Below are positions 1 through 12,137 of a stretch of DNA of 64,000 nt, one piece after another (within the stretch, counting starts at the first letter, position 1; each line of letters begins with the position of its first letter). Under the pieces are notes generated by a model. That model searched no databases. It saw only the letters and a list, made by a program, of their open reading frames with translations, and was not told the DNA's origin. This DNA comes from Eledone cirrhosa (lineage: Eukaryota). The position numbers and the translations under genes were made by a program. The stretch is taken from positions 43,772,001 through 43,836,000 of the forward strand of contig OZ024749.1 in the NCBI GenBank assembly GCA_964016885.1, written 5' to 3'.

Positions 1-228
1 CAAATGAAGACAGAAAGAAAGAATGTTATATGAGTGTTAGAGAGTAGGAAGACATAGGACATCAAGTAGTATGAGGTGTTGACGGACGGGGGGTAGTGCG
101 GCAGAGGGTGGAACAGCCTGCCTTGATGCGTCACGTCAACAAACGTTACCTAGAAATTCCAATGCATTAACGTAATCTTTTTCCATTAAGCTATATAACA
201 TTCTCTCTCTCTCTCTCTCTCTCTCTTG

Positions 229-278
<50 letters not shown>

Positions 279-295
279 TTATCTCTCTCTCTCTA

Positions 296-344
<49 letters not shown>

Positions 345-518
345 CTATCTCTCTATATCAGCCTGTAGGTTGAGGAAAAAGAGGAGGAGAGGAAAGGAGT
401 ACAAACTCTTCGTACTCCTGGAGATGAGGGTCGCACATTTTTTTTTCGGGGGTATGTGTTACCCATATGAAATGACTCCCCCTATTGGGGAAAATCGACT
501 AATTTTTATATATGTATA

Positions 519-880
519 TACAATATTAAATAAATGGAAAACTATATTTATAAAACCATATTTATTTCATTATATATATTTCGGGGATATCATATTAACA
601 ATATGCTATGCCTTCATCAGACAAAATACAATATAAACAGTTTTATAGATAAATATATTCGACATACCGTAATAAACATCAACTTCATCTGATGAAGGCA
701 TAGCATATTGTTAATATGATATCCCCGAAATATATATAATGAAATAAATATGGTTTTATAAATATAGTTTTCCATTTATTTAATATTGTAAATATACTCC
801 AAGTATTTGTCGAGTGCTTTTATATCAGTTATAAATATTTACTAGTTGTAACCCAACAATTTTAAATATAACTTTACATG
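519..880. mobile_element. Family A hammerhead-bearing (Penelope pLTR-like) element, fold-back
   Basis: Inverted arms ~519-621 / 688-792; CTGATGA (689-695)-hairpin-GAAA (727-730)-TATATA-TA; flanked by (TA)n; homologous to 42730-43133 and 52550-52790. Confidence 0.8.
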
Positions 881-962
881 TATATATGTATATATATATA
901 TATGTATGTATATATATAGATATATATGTATATATATGTATATATATATATATATGTGTATA

Positions 963-1013
<51 letters not shown>

Positions 1014-1101
1014 AATATGGGTGAGAAGAATACTGCTGGTTGCACATGGATAACATGTTATAAAATGAGTCCCTCATCAGTGATTTACCAAACGATCATG
1101 G

Positions 1102-1191
<90 letters not shown>

Positions 1192-1247
1192 ATATATATG
1201 TTTATTTATATAGTAATAATAATAAATTTGAAGACTAAGATCCAATG

Positions 1248-1288
<41 letters not shown>

Positions 1289-1321
1289 TATATATAACTA
1301 TCTATCTGTGTGTCTTTCACT

Positions 1322-1370
<49 letters not shown>

Positions 1371-1749
1371 AGTGTGTGTGCCTGTGTGTGTTTGTGTGTT
1401 TGCGTGTGTGCCTGGGGGGGGGGGGGGGTAAGTGTGCATCCTAGCGATGACAGCTCGTGCTGTTTATCGTTATGTTGCAGTTGTTGCTGCAGCTGTTGCT
1501 GCAGCTGTTGTTGCTGCAGCTGTTGTACCTGCTGCTGCTGCTGCTGCTGCTGTTAGCCCTAGGTCAATCCTCATCGAGCCTGCATGCCTATGATCAAAAG
1601 ACATTCCTGCCGAAACCAACCGGTTAATTGTTCTCCGTGTGCAAGAAAGAGGTGACACCACATTATCTAGCATGTCTTTCTTTTTAGGGAGATTTGGTTA
1701 CTATTTCTAACATTTTATACCATCCTGTAAAGGTTTCGTTATGTCTCTT

Positions 1750-2392
1750 GGTGTTATTGGTGGTGTTGATGGTGGTGGTGGTGGTGGTGGAGGTGGTAAT
1801 AGTGATGGTAGTGGTGATGGTGGGGTTGGTGGTGGTGAAGGTAGTGGTGGTGGTGGTGGTGGTGGTGGTGGTGGTGGTAGTAATGGTGATGGCAGTGGTG
1901 ATGGTGGTGGTGGTAGTGGTAGTGGTGGTGGTATGGTGGTGGTGGTGGTGGTGGTGGTGGTAGTAATGGTGATGGTAGTGGTGATGGTGGTGGTGGTGGT
2001 GGTGGTGGTATGGTGGTGGTATGGTGGTGGTGGTGGTGAAGGTAGTGGTGGTGGTATGGTGGTGGTATGGTGGTGGTGGTGGTGGTAGTAATGGTGATGG
2101 TAGTGGTGATGGTAGTGGTGATGGTGGTGGTGGTGGTGGTGGTGGTGGTATGGTGGTGGTGAAGGTAGTGGTGGTGGTATGGTGGTGGTGGTGGTGATAG
2201 TAATGGTGATGGTAGTGGTGTGATGGTGGTGGTGGTAGTGGTAGTGGTGGTGGTGGTGGTGGTGGTATGGTGGTGGTATGGTGATGGTGGTGGTATGGTG
2301 ATAGTGGTGGTGGTGGTGATAGTAATGGTGATGGTAGTGTTGATGGTGGTGGTGGTGGTGGTGGTGGAGGTGGTGGTGGTGGAGGTGGTGGT
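1750..2392. repeat. (GGT)n-based degenerate trinucleotide array
   Basis: Direct reading; analogous arrays at 41490-42100 (GTT/GGT), 57815-58330 (CAA/CTA) and 25340-25520 (TAG). Confidence 0.95.
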
Positions 2393-2690
2393 GTCATTCA
2401 TTAATTGCCATCGTCCAATATCGAATATCATCATCACATGTGCTGGAAACGTTAGCGACAACAGATCTAAATTCCTAAACTGGCAACAGATGACGCTCAT
2501 TGTATGACAGACAAGAGGCGGTGGGGGAGAAAGAGGAAGTGAGAGGAAGAGAGGGAGAGTGAGAGGGGCAAAGAGAAAGAGAGCAAAGGTGGAAAAAGGG
2601 GAAAAGAAAAAGAGGAAGAGAGAAAAAGAGGAAGGGGGGGAAAAGAGGGAGCGAAAGAGAGAGAGATAGAGAGAGGAGGCGAGAGAGAGA

Positions 2691-2729
<39 letters not shown>

Positions 2730-2861
2730 GAAGAGAGAAAGAGAGAGAAAGAGAAGAAGAGAGAAAGAGAAGAAGGGAGGAAAAGAGAAACAGAAAGAAT
2801 GTTACAGAGACAGAGAGAGAGAAAGAGAGAGGGGAGGACGAGGGGGGAGGAGGATTGATAA

Positions 2862-3053
2862 ATAATTGTTTCTACGTTAGGCACAAGGCCAGCAATTACC
2901 CAGTACATTACTGGTACTTTATTTTATCGACCTCGTAAGGATGAAAGGCAAAGTTAATCTAGGCGGGATTTGAACTCAGAATGGAAAGGGCCATAACTCT
3001 ATGCGTCAAAGCATGGCGTCCGACCCTCTACCGATACTGCCAATCCACCGCCG
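2862..3053 (-). mobile_element. tRNA-derived Meta-domain SINE, full length, 18-bp TSD
   Basis: Head GGCGGTGGATTGGCAG..., B box GAGTTCAAATCC, central CTTTGCCTTTCATCCTTAC..GGTCGATAAAATAAAGTACCAG (Meta-like); TSD GGAGGATTGATAAATAAT at 2849-2866 and 3058-3075. Confidence 0.9.
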
Positions 3054-3314
3054 TTTGGGAGGATTGATAAATAATGAAGACGAAAGAAGGAAACGGGAGA
3101 TGGAAAAGGATGAGGAAAAAAAGAGAGAGTAGAAATTAGAAAGAGAGGTAGGCAGAGAAGGAGAGAGAGAAAAATTGATGGAAGAGAAAGAGGAGAAGAA
3201 AATATAGGCGAAGAAAGAATGAAAATGAGAGAGGGAGAGAGAGAGGCAGGGAATGATAGAAAAAAGGGATATTAAAGAAAGAACGAGAAGGATTGAGTGA
3301 AAATGAGAGCGGGA

Positions 3315-3660
3315 GGAAAGGATTGAAGCTAAATGAGAGAGAGGGGGAGGATAGAGACTAAATGAGAGAGAGAGGGGGAAGGATAGAGACTAAATGAGAG
3401 AGAGGGGGAAGGATAGAGACTAAATGAGAGAGAGGGGGAAGGATATAGGCTAAATGAGAGAGAGGGGGAAGGATAGAGGTTAAATGAGAGAGAGAAGGAA
3501 GGATAGAGGCTAAACGAGGGAGGGGGGGAAGGATAGAGGGTAATGAGAGAGAGGAGAAAGGATAGAAGCTAAATGAAAAAGGGTGGAAGGATAGAGGGTG
3601 GAAGGATAGAGGATAAATGAGAGAGAGAGGGGGAAGGATAGAGGCTAAACGAGAGAGGTG
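3315..3660. repeat. Minisatellite, ~30-bp unit TAAATGAGAGAGAGGGGGAAGGATAGAGAC
   Basis: About 10 degenerate copies. Confidence 0.9.
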
Positions 3661-3734
3661 GTGAACTCAGAGCGTAAAGGGCCGTAACTGTATGCCACAA
3701 AGCATTTTGTAAACCATTAAGCTTTATAGTTCAA

Positions 3735-4083
3735 AGCACCTATCCGATATTTGGGAGGTACGAGGTTCGATTCCTCGTCGCAGCCAATGGCAGTTTCTTT
3801 TTCCGTCTTTAAGGATCTTCAACCTATTTTATAAGTTATTTTATAGCATTTCCGCGCGTGAGCACACCACTCTTTACATTAACTTTATTCCCTCAGCACT
3901 TCGTAAACTTCTGAAGGATCGACTACATATACACGAAGTTATATACACAGAAAGCCGGTATCTGGAAGATATTGGGTTCAATTCCTCATTGCAGCCAATG
4001 GCAACTTCTTTTTCCGTCTTTTAATAAGCCTATTTTATAAGCCCATCTTTATAGCATTTCTGCGCTTGAGCACTTTCTTTATA

Positions 4084-4085
<2 letters not shown>
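3735..4085 (+). repeat. Second tRNA-like repeat family, two tandem copies (third copy at 7777-7878, minus)
   Basis: GGTTCGATTCC / GGTTCAATTCC B-box-like motif followed by GCAGCCAATGGCA..TTCTTTTTCCGTCTTT...TATAGCATTT..GCGC.TGAGCAC; 3840-3930 is the reverse complement of 7777-7878. Confidence 0.65.
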
Positions 4086-4136
<51 letters not shown>

Positions 4137-4386
4137 GAAAAGTATAGAAATTATTATGAACAAGAAGCACACAGTATTTCATAATATATAAGTGACTATA
4201 GCGTCAAAATGGGAAGATAGTTAACGTAAGATGTGGGAAAAATAATTCAAACTCAATTCAAAAAGAATCAGGATATAGATTCATCGAACAGAATTTAGTG
4301 AAATTCAGGGAAAAATCAATAGAGCCTTAACTCATGATAAAATAAAGTTTTAAATACTCATCCTTCAATTTGGAAAAACTACAAAT

Positions 4387-4466
4387 GCTCTGTATAGTCT
4401 TGAAAAGACTATTTCACGAAACTTTCAGTGGGGATGGTCACGGTTGGATTCGATCATCAGCAGAGC
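4387..4466 (-). ncRNA. Type I hammerhead ribozyme (family E element ~4133-4470; tail also at 11598-11780)
   Basis: gctctg CTGATGA tCGAA...TTCGt GAAA TAGTCT-tttca-AGACTA TA^ cagagc: intact core and three stems. Confidence 0.85.
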
Positions 4467-4719
4467 TCAACACGATAACCAAAATCTCACTGATTATAAT
4501 ATGCCAAAAAGAGAATTTAAAAGCAGGCTAGTTCAACATCATGCGTAATTATGAAAATAAAACGCACATGTGGAGACAGGGCTGGTGACGTCAGAATGAG
4601 ACGAATGTTTGTTTACATGAAATAACAGTCAAAACCATTCCGAAAAAAACTTTACAATAAGGAGTTCAGCAAAAAGCAATATTATCGCGGTTTTTTTTTT
4701 AAATATATATATATATATA

Positions 4720-4851
4720 TAATTGTTTCTACTTTTGGCACAAGGCCAACAATTACTCCAGTGTATTACTGGTACTTTATTTTATCGACCCCGTAAGGAT
4801 GAAAGGCAAAGCTAACCTCGGCGGGATTTGAACTCAGACCATAAAGGGCCG

Positions 4852-4852
<1 letters not shown>
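4720..4852 (-). mobile_element. Meta-domain SINE, 5'-truncated
   Basis: B box, Meta domain and tail identical to other copies. Confidence 0.85.
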
Positions 4853-4886
<34 letters not shown>

Positions 4887-5211
4887 CCTGCAGGAACACG
4901 AACTTGGTTGCCAACCAAGGTATGTTTACCCAGCAATAGTTTTAAGCTAGCAGCAATGGTTCTGTTACCAACCATTACTATATCTTCAATAAGTCGTCGA
5001 TCCACATTGTCGGTTGGTCGAACTCGTTCCTTGATGTTATGGTGCTAGCTTATAAAGCTTAGTCTTCAGAGAGATAAAGATGGCGCCAGTTATTTTACTG
5101 TGTTATGTCTGTCTAAACAACAGAGTTAGCTTTCTTGTTTTTGATCGTCCACCCATTACTTCTTCTATTGTTTGTTGTTGTTTCCTCTTTGTTACTGTTG
5201 TTGTTGTTGTG

Positions 5212-5292
<81 letters not shown>

Positions 5293-5417
5293 GGTGGTGC
5301 TGCTGCTGCTGTTGCTGTTGTTGTTGTTAAAGAAATTATTATTATTGTTATTGTTATTGTTTTCCTCAACTATTATCACTACTACTGCAATCACCATCAT
5401 CATCATCATCATCATCA

Positions 5418-5575
5418 TCTGTCGTTTTACGTTCTGAGTTCAAATCCTGTCGAAATCGACTTTGGCCTTTCATTCTTTTGGGATAGATCGATAAAATGAA
5501 GTACCAGTCAAATACTGGGGTCGATTAAATCAACTTTCCCCATCCAATCTACCAAAAATGTGCAAACCACTTTAT
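5418..5575 (+). mobile_element. Older Meta-domain SINE fragment
   Basis: CTGAGTTCAAATCC...GCCTTTCATTCTTTTGGGATAGATCGATAAAATGAAGTACCAG. Confidence 0.75.
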
Positions 5576-5579
5576 TATT

Positions 5580-5877
5580 GTTGATGTTGTTGTTGCCGTG
5601 ATGATAATATTGATAATAATGGTTATGGTTTAATAATAATAGAGTAATAATACAGATAATGGTGATGATGGTGATGGTGAGGGTGGTGATGATGGTGATG
5701 ATGGTGATGATGATGATGATGGTGATGATGGTGATGATGGTGATGATAATGATGGTGATGATGAGGGTGATGACGATGGTGATGATGGTGATGATGGTGA
5801 TGATGATGGTGATGATGGTGATGGTGATGATGATGATGAGGGTGATGATGGTGATTATGGTGATGATGGTGATGATG

Positions 5878-5909
<32 letters not shown>

Positions 5910-6930
5910 GAGGGTGATGATGATGATGATGGTGATGATGACGGTGATGATGATGGTGATGATGGTGATGATGGTGATGATGATGGTGATGATGATGGTG
6001 ATGATGATGGTGATAATGGTGATGATGGTGATGATGATGGTGATGATGATCAGTAGATCAGAGGTTTTTAGTGACGTAATGGTCGCCATCACTAATCTAC
6101 GTCACTGTCATATTCTTTATTGTCATCGTCATTGCTTCTTTTCCCGTTTCCTCTCATCCTAATCGTCATCGTCGTCATCGTCATCGCCATCGTCGTCGTC
6201 GTCATCGTCGTCGTTATCGTCGTTGTCATCGTCGTCATCGCCCTCATCATCGTCGTCGTCCGTGTGGTCGTCTTTATCATCGACATTATCCTTATCAATA
6301 TCATCACCGTTATTATCACCATCATTGACAACATCGTCGTCGTCACCAGCGCCATCATCATCACCATCATCATCACCCTCATCATCATCATCACCATCAT
6401 CACCATCATCACCATCACCATCACCATCACCCTCATCATCATCATCACCATCATCATTACCGTCATCATCACCATCATCATCACCATCATCACCATCATC
6501 ACCCTCACCATCATTACCATTACCATCACCATCACCATCATCATCACCCTCATCATCATCATCATCATCATCATCACCATCACCATCACCATCACCCTCA
6601 CCATCATCTTCATCATCACCCTCACCATCACCATCACCCTCACCATCACCATCACCATCATTATCACCATCACCATCACCATCACCACCCTCACCCTCAC
6701 CATCACCATCACCATCACCATCATCACCATTATCTGTATTATTAGTCTATTATTATTAAACCAACACCACCATTACCAATATTATCATCACTATTATTAC
6801 TAATCATTATTGTTGTTATTGTTGTTGTTGTTGTTATTGTTGTTGTTGTTGTTATTGTTGTTATTGTTGTTATTGTTGTTGTTGTTGTTATTGTTGTTAT
6901 TGTTGTTATTGTTGTTATTGTTGTTATTGT
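5580..6930. repeat. Inverted pair of (GAT/GGT)n and (ATC/ACC)n arrays with shared unique ends
   Basis: 5598-6050 and 6350-6792; TGATAATATTG.TAAT...TTTAATAATAATAGA.TAATAATACAGATAATGGTG is the reverse complement of 6725-6790. Confidence 0.85.
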
Positions 6931-7187
6931 GAAACGTTATTGCTGTTGTTTAATAAGGGTTTAGGAAGGCGGAGAGTTCAATGATTATGTTGGGTAGATC
7001 AGAGAAGGATCAGTCATTGATTGATTTCTATATAATCTATACAATTAACTGGGTTTTGTTGGTTTGTGGAGAAAGAAAGGGTAAAGTGGGAGAAGATGAT
7101 GAGACAGGGAGGTGGAGGAGGGGGGGGAGAAGGATGAGACAGAGAGGTGGAGGGGAGGGAGAGACAGAGAGATGGAGGAGAGAGGGG

Positions 7188-7227
<40 letters not shown>

Positions 7228-7678
7228 AGGGTGAGCCAGAGAGGTGCAGAAGAGAGTGAGACAGAGAGATGGAAAAGAGAGGGGGCGGGAGATGGAGAAG
7301 AGAGAGGGGGAGAGAGATGGAGGAGATGGGGGAGAGGGTGGAGGGGAGAGTGGGAGAGAGAGGTGGGGGAGAAGGGGGACAGAGCGGTTGAGGAGAGAGT
7401 AAGACAGAGAGGTGGAGAGGAGAGTGAAAGAGAGATGGAGGAGAGGGAGGGAGAGAGGTGGATGGGAGGGTGAGAGAGTAGGTGAAGGAGAGGGTTATAC
7501 AGAGAGAGAGGGGAGAGAGGGGAAGAGAGAGAGAATAAGAAAGAGAATAAGTGAGAAAGCAAGCTTGATAGACTTGCGAGGGAGAATGGCAGAATCGTTA
7601 GATTATTGGAATGTCTCACGGTATTTCTTCTGGTATTTGTGTTCTGTGTTCAAATGCCTACTGTTGCATATATATATA

Positions 7679-7767
<89 letters not shown>

Positions 7768-8573
7768 ATGTATATACGTAGCCGATCTCTCGGACTTTTA
7801 CGAAGCGCTGAGGAGATAAATTGGATATAAAGAGTGGTGTGCGCTCATGTGCTGAGATGCTATAAAATAGCTTTTATATATATTAATAATCTCCCTATCG
7901 GTTGAGATTAAATTTGGCGATATATGGCTGCGCTTTCTAGCAGCATGCCTACCCGCCGTAAGCAGCCAATCACACGCTTTCTCTCTGGCTGGTACACAGC
8001 TACATAGCGATCTTAGCCATTTTTGAATCTAAATTTGGCGCGGTCGGTCTGAGAAATTAAATGTCTATTTCTGAGTTTGTCTCCTGATGATTCCTGACTC
8101 AAAGCAAATCCATATTATTTGGATGTCCTAAACAAGGAAGAAACCATGGTAGAGATATAATTACAGTATGTGCGCATTTCTTCTAAGTTTAATTTTACTA
8201 CTAATTACGTGCGGTTGACGGTGTATTTGATCGGATTCTGCATGCTGCCGAAGTGTTTGATAAATAAAGGTACGGAGTTATCGCGAACTGGCTGCGGTCA
8301 ATTATTTGTCGGAGATTTCCCCGTTAGAAAATTTATTCTTAAAGCTTGCTAGATTTGATTATGTATATGGTTAATTATGCTGATTAGAAGAAGAAATAGT
8401 ATATATTTTAATATCTGATTGATTCTATAGACACGATTTATGATATATATATATATATATATATATATTCACGTTGCTCCTTCTACCTGGAGTTGCGACC
8501 GATAGATAGTATCAGCAATTGGAAAGACCAGTGGAAACATTGTTTCCTCGGTCCGATTTGACGAAAGTCGATC

Positions 8574-8628
<55 letters not shown>

Positions 8629-9069
8629 CATATATATTACACACACACATAAGAAGTATTTGAATAATAAACATTTATGCGGAATACATCATATGCGTAT
8701 ATTAAAAGATTTATGATAATTTTTAATCGCGGAGAATCGCCAGAAGCACCCGCTACACCTCCCACCTCACCTCCCTGGGCACCCTCCTTAAGCGATCCAC
8801 CGTGTTTCAGATTTTACAAAGAAAATCCTCACTGCGGAGACCTATGACGCAGGAGGTCCCTCTCTCTCTTTCGAGAGAGAGAGAGAGAGAGAGAGAGAGA
8901 CCAGTGCAAAGAGAAATCGGTCGGTCAGGCATTTGACCCGATATATTCCTCTCCTCAGCATTGAGGGCAGCGGAGCCCGGGCTTGAGGTCGAAGCGACAG
9001 GCTGGAGGTGGAGAACGAGTTGCTGCACCTACACAGTAAAAACATTAAGATATTATTATCTTTAAAAAT

Positions 9070-9390
9070 GTACCAGTAATGTACTGGGTAATTTATTATC
9101 TTTAATAATCTGGGAGATTATTATCTTTAAAGTACCAGTAATGTACTGGGTAATTGCTGGCCTTGTGCCAAAAATAGAAACAATTATCTTTAAAAATGGC
9201 GGTGAATTGGCAGTATCGGTAGAGGGTCGGACGCCATGCTTTCCAGCATAGTTACGTCCCTTTACGGTCTGAGTTCAAATCCCGTCGAGGTTAACTTTGC
9301 CTTTCATCCTTAAGGAATCGATAAAATAAAGTAAAAGTAATGTACTGGGTAATTGCTGGCCTTGTGCCAAAAATAGAAACAATTATTATC
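9070..9390 (+). mobile_element. Meta-domain SINE (9198-9390) preceded by duplicated SINE-tail fragments
   Basis: Full SINE plus tail pieces at 9070-9190, each bounded by ATTATCTTTAA(A). Confidence 0.88.
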
Positions 9391-9714
9391 TTTAAACATT
9401 TCAGCAAGTATTGTGTCTTTCTTCATCAGAAGATGACTTCCCCTATGGTTCTGTCTATAAAGGGGGCTTTATATTCTTTAGACTGGTCATCATATATGAA
9501 CTGGTTTATGTTTGTAGGCGTGTATTGGAGAATGGGTGACGGTGTATATGAGAGAGAGTGTGTGTGTGGGGGGGGGGGGGGGTGCTTCATGTTTTTTAGT
9601 GGAAGCTTTTAGTGGCAGTAACGTCATTTTTGACAAGTAAGTCTAAAACTGTTGTTTACATTGTTTCACAGTTATTTGTAAGACATAACGAGACGTTATA
9701 TATATATATATATA

Positions 9715-9877
<163 letters not shown>

Positions 9878-10271
9878 CTGTATATATATATATATAGAAA
9901 TGTATACATCACTAAGTATTACGATGTTTCTTCCTTCCCTCTTCATATTCTTGTTTCATTCTGTTTCTTTTGTTATTGATAATGTCGATTTGTTGCTGAC
10001 TGATAGTGTCTTTTTTTGTCATTGTCGTTGTTGTTATTGTTATTGTCGTTATTGTCGTTGTTGGTGTTGCTGCTGTTGTTGTTGTTGTTGATATTGTGTT
10101 CTTTATTAAACAATTGTCTGTCAATTGCCTGATGAACGGTCGACAGCTGTTGTTCGCAATTTCTCCTTAGTGTCTCAACGGATAAGATAAATAAAATGTG
10201 ATGATGTACTACAGATATGCTAGCGTGGAAGAACGGACGTAAAATGGTGATGATGATGATATATATATATA

Positions 10272-10458
10272 TTTAATGTAGAAAGGCTTCTACAGGACTA
10301 GAACTGTTTAATTTCGGAGAAATCATCAGGAAGCCTCTGATGATTACTCCGGAATTAAACAGTTCTAGTCCTGTAGAAGCATTTCTACTTTAAATATTTA
10401 TACTTTACTTTGTATTGAGTACCTTACTGTGGTTACCGCCGATTGAACCCGGGATAAA
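10272..10458. mobile_element. Family B hammerhead-bearing element, fold-back; core degenerate (GAAA->TAAA)
   Basis: aggcttc CTGATGA...TAAA CAG ttctagtc CTG TA^ gaagcct on the minus arm; tail ...GTATTGAGTACC...GTGGTTACC..CGATT.AACCCGG; in (TA)n. Confidence 0.8.
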
Positions 10459-10539
10459 CATATATATATACATTTATATAGTGTGAGTCAGTGGATTACT
10501 GGTGGTTGTACCAAAGTAAGACTTGCTAATAATTCTTGC

Positions 10540-10770
10540 TAAAATTGGCACAAGGCCAGCAATTTACGAGGTGGGGGACGGGAAAAGGGGGTAAGTCTAT
10601 TATATTGACCTCCCCTCCCATTTCCTCCCCAGAAACTCAAGTACTTAAATGGTACTTTTATCGACCCCCATGGAAGGCAAAGATAACCTCGGTAGGATTT
10701 GAACTCAGAATGTAAAGAACCAGCACAAACACCGCAATGGTATTTTATCCGACGCTCTACCAAGTCCGTC
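10540..10770 (-). mobile_element. Older Meta-domain SINE
   Basis: GGCACAAGGCCAGCAATT...GGTACTTTTATCGACCCC...GATTTGAACTCAGAA on the plus strand. Confidence 0.8.
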
Positions 10771-10856
10771 CATCCTCCGGTCTCTCTTTTTTTCCTCATC
10801 CTTTTCCATCTCCCGTTTCCGTCTTTCGTCTTCATTATTTATCAATCCTCCCAAGC

Positions 10857-11053
10857 GGCGGTGGATTGGCAGTATCGGTAGAGGGTCGGACGCCATGCTT
10901 TGACGCATAGAGTTATGGCCCTTTCCATTCTGAGTTCAAATCCCGCCTAGGTTAACTTTGCCTTTCATCCTTACGAGGTCGATAAAATAAAGTACCAGTA
11001 ATACACTGGGATAATTGCTGGCCTTGTGCCAAAAGTAGAAACAATTATTATTA
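10857..11053 (+). mobile_element. Meta-domain SINE, full length
   Basis: Same head, B box, Meta domain and tail; ends GAAACAATTATTATT. Confidence 0.9.
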
Positions 11054-11074
11054 TGTCATTTAATAAGGGCGATG

Positions 11075-11187
11075 GATTGACAGTATCGGTAGATTGACAG
11101 TATCGGTAGATTGACAGTATCGGTAGATTGACAGTATCGGTAGATTGACAGTATCGGTAGATTGACAGTATCGGTAGATTGACAGTA
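11075..11187 (+). repeat. 17-bp tandem repeat GATTGACAGTATCGGTA (~6.6 copies) derived from a SINE head
   Basis: Follows GGGCGATG; matches SINE head GGATTGGCAGTATCGGTAG. Confidence 0.92.
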
Positions 11188-11224
11188 ACTTGAGGAGATT
11201 TTTCAAATATTTCACTATGTTTTA

Positions 11225-11302
11225 AATTGCCTTATCCGACGAACGAATGAGGACGTTTTTCGTATTCGTCTTATTCGGGAAACCTCTGGTAATGAGGTAA
11301 TT
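11225..11302 (+). ncRNA. Type I hammerhead-like fold with core variant CCGACGA
   Basis: aattgccttat CCGACGA a CGAATGAGGACG...CGTCTTATTCG g GAAA CC-tct-GG TA^ atgaggtaatt (11-bp stem I, 11-bp stem II). Confidence 0.7.
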
Positions 11303-11399
11303 ATATTGTATTGTTTATTATACATTAAATTTAGCTCTGGCACTTACATAGAGCACTCTTCACTCATATGACTTTTTCAATTTTCAACGAAAACTTCAA

Positions 11400-11451
<52 letters not shown>

Positions 11452-11455
<4 letters not shown>

Positions 11456-11590
11456 AACCAGTAAGACCCCGACGGCTTGAGCTCAGCCGTCGGGGTCTTA
11501 CTGGTTCCTATTACCCACTCTACTACCCTAAGTATTGAGTACTTTGGTGCGTTATGGTCCACCTGGTTCCTTACCACATTTCCTTCGTTA
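11452..11590 (+). mobile_element. Family C element, fold-back at hammerhead stem III
   Basis: Perfect hairpin 11452-11511, then tail TTACCCACTCTACTACCCTAAGTATTGAGTACT...; shared with 39820-39970 and 49352-49552. Confidence 0.75.
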
Positions 11591-11777
11591 TATATATATG
11601 AAAGTAGAGAAATTAATGTGAGCAAGAAGCCAACAGTATTTCATAATATATAAGTGACTATAACGTCAAAATGGAAAATATTTAACATAAGATATGGGAA
11701 AATAATTCAAACTCACTTTTAAAAAAAACCAAGACAGAGATTTTATCCACATATTTTGTGAAATCCAGAGAAAAAAA

Positions 11778-11817
<40 letters not shown>

Positions 11818-11940
11818 TATATATATTAGAAAAGGGAAGTAAGGCTCTATACAAAACTGGATTTATATATATATATATATATATAATAAATAGGACTTGA
11901 TATAAATATAGTAGCAACAGATAAGTTGAAAGGACAAGGA

Positions 11941-11980
<40 letters not shown>

Positions 11981-12094
11981 TATATTATTATCTTCCTCTT
12001 CCTTGTCCTTTCAACTATATGTTGCTACTTTCGGAATTTCTATCTTGTGTCGCTTAGATTTAGAAAATATAACATTCCTTGATGATTAAAAACT

Positions 12095-12137
<43 letters not shown>

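Noticed and set aside
8470-8580. GAC GAAA GTCGATCGAC TA hammerhead 3' half (repeat also related to ~54945-55020)
   Set aside because: CUGANGA and stem I are absent, and the orientation conflicts with the related copy.
9198-9290. tRNA genes at B-box motifs
   Set aside because: They are SINE heads continuing into Meta domain and tail; no full cloverleaf.
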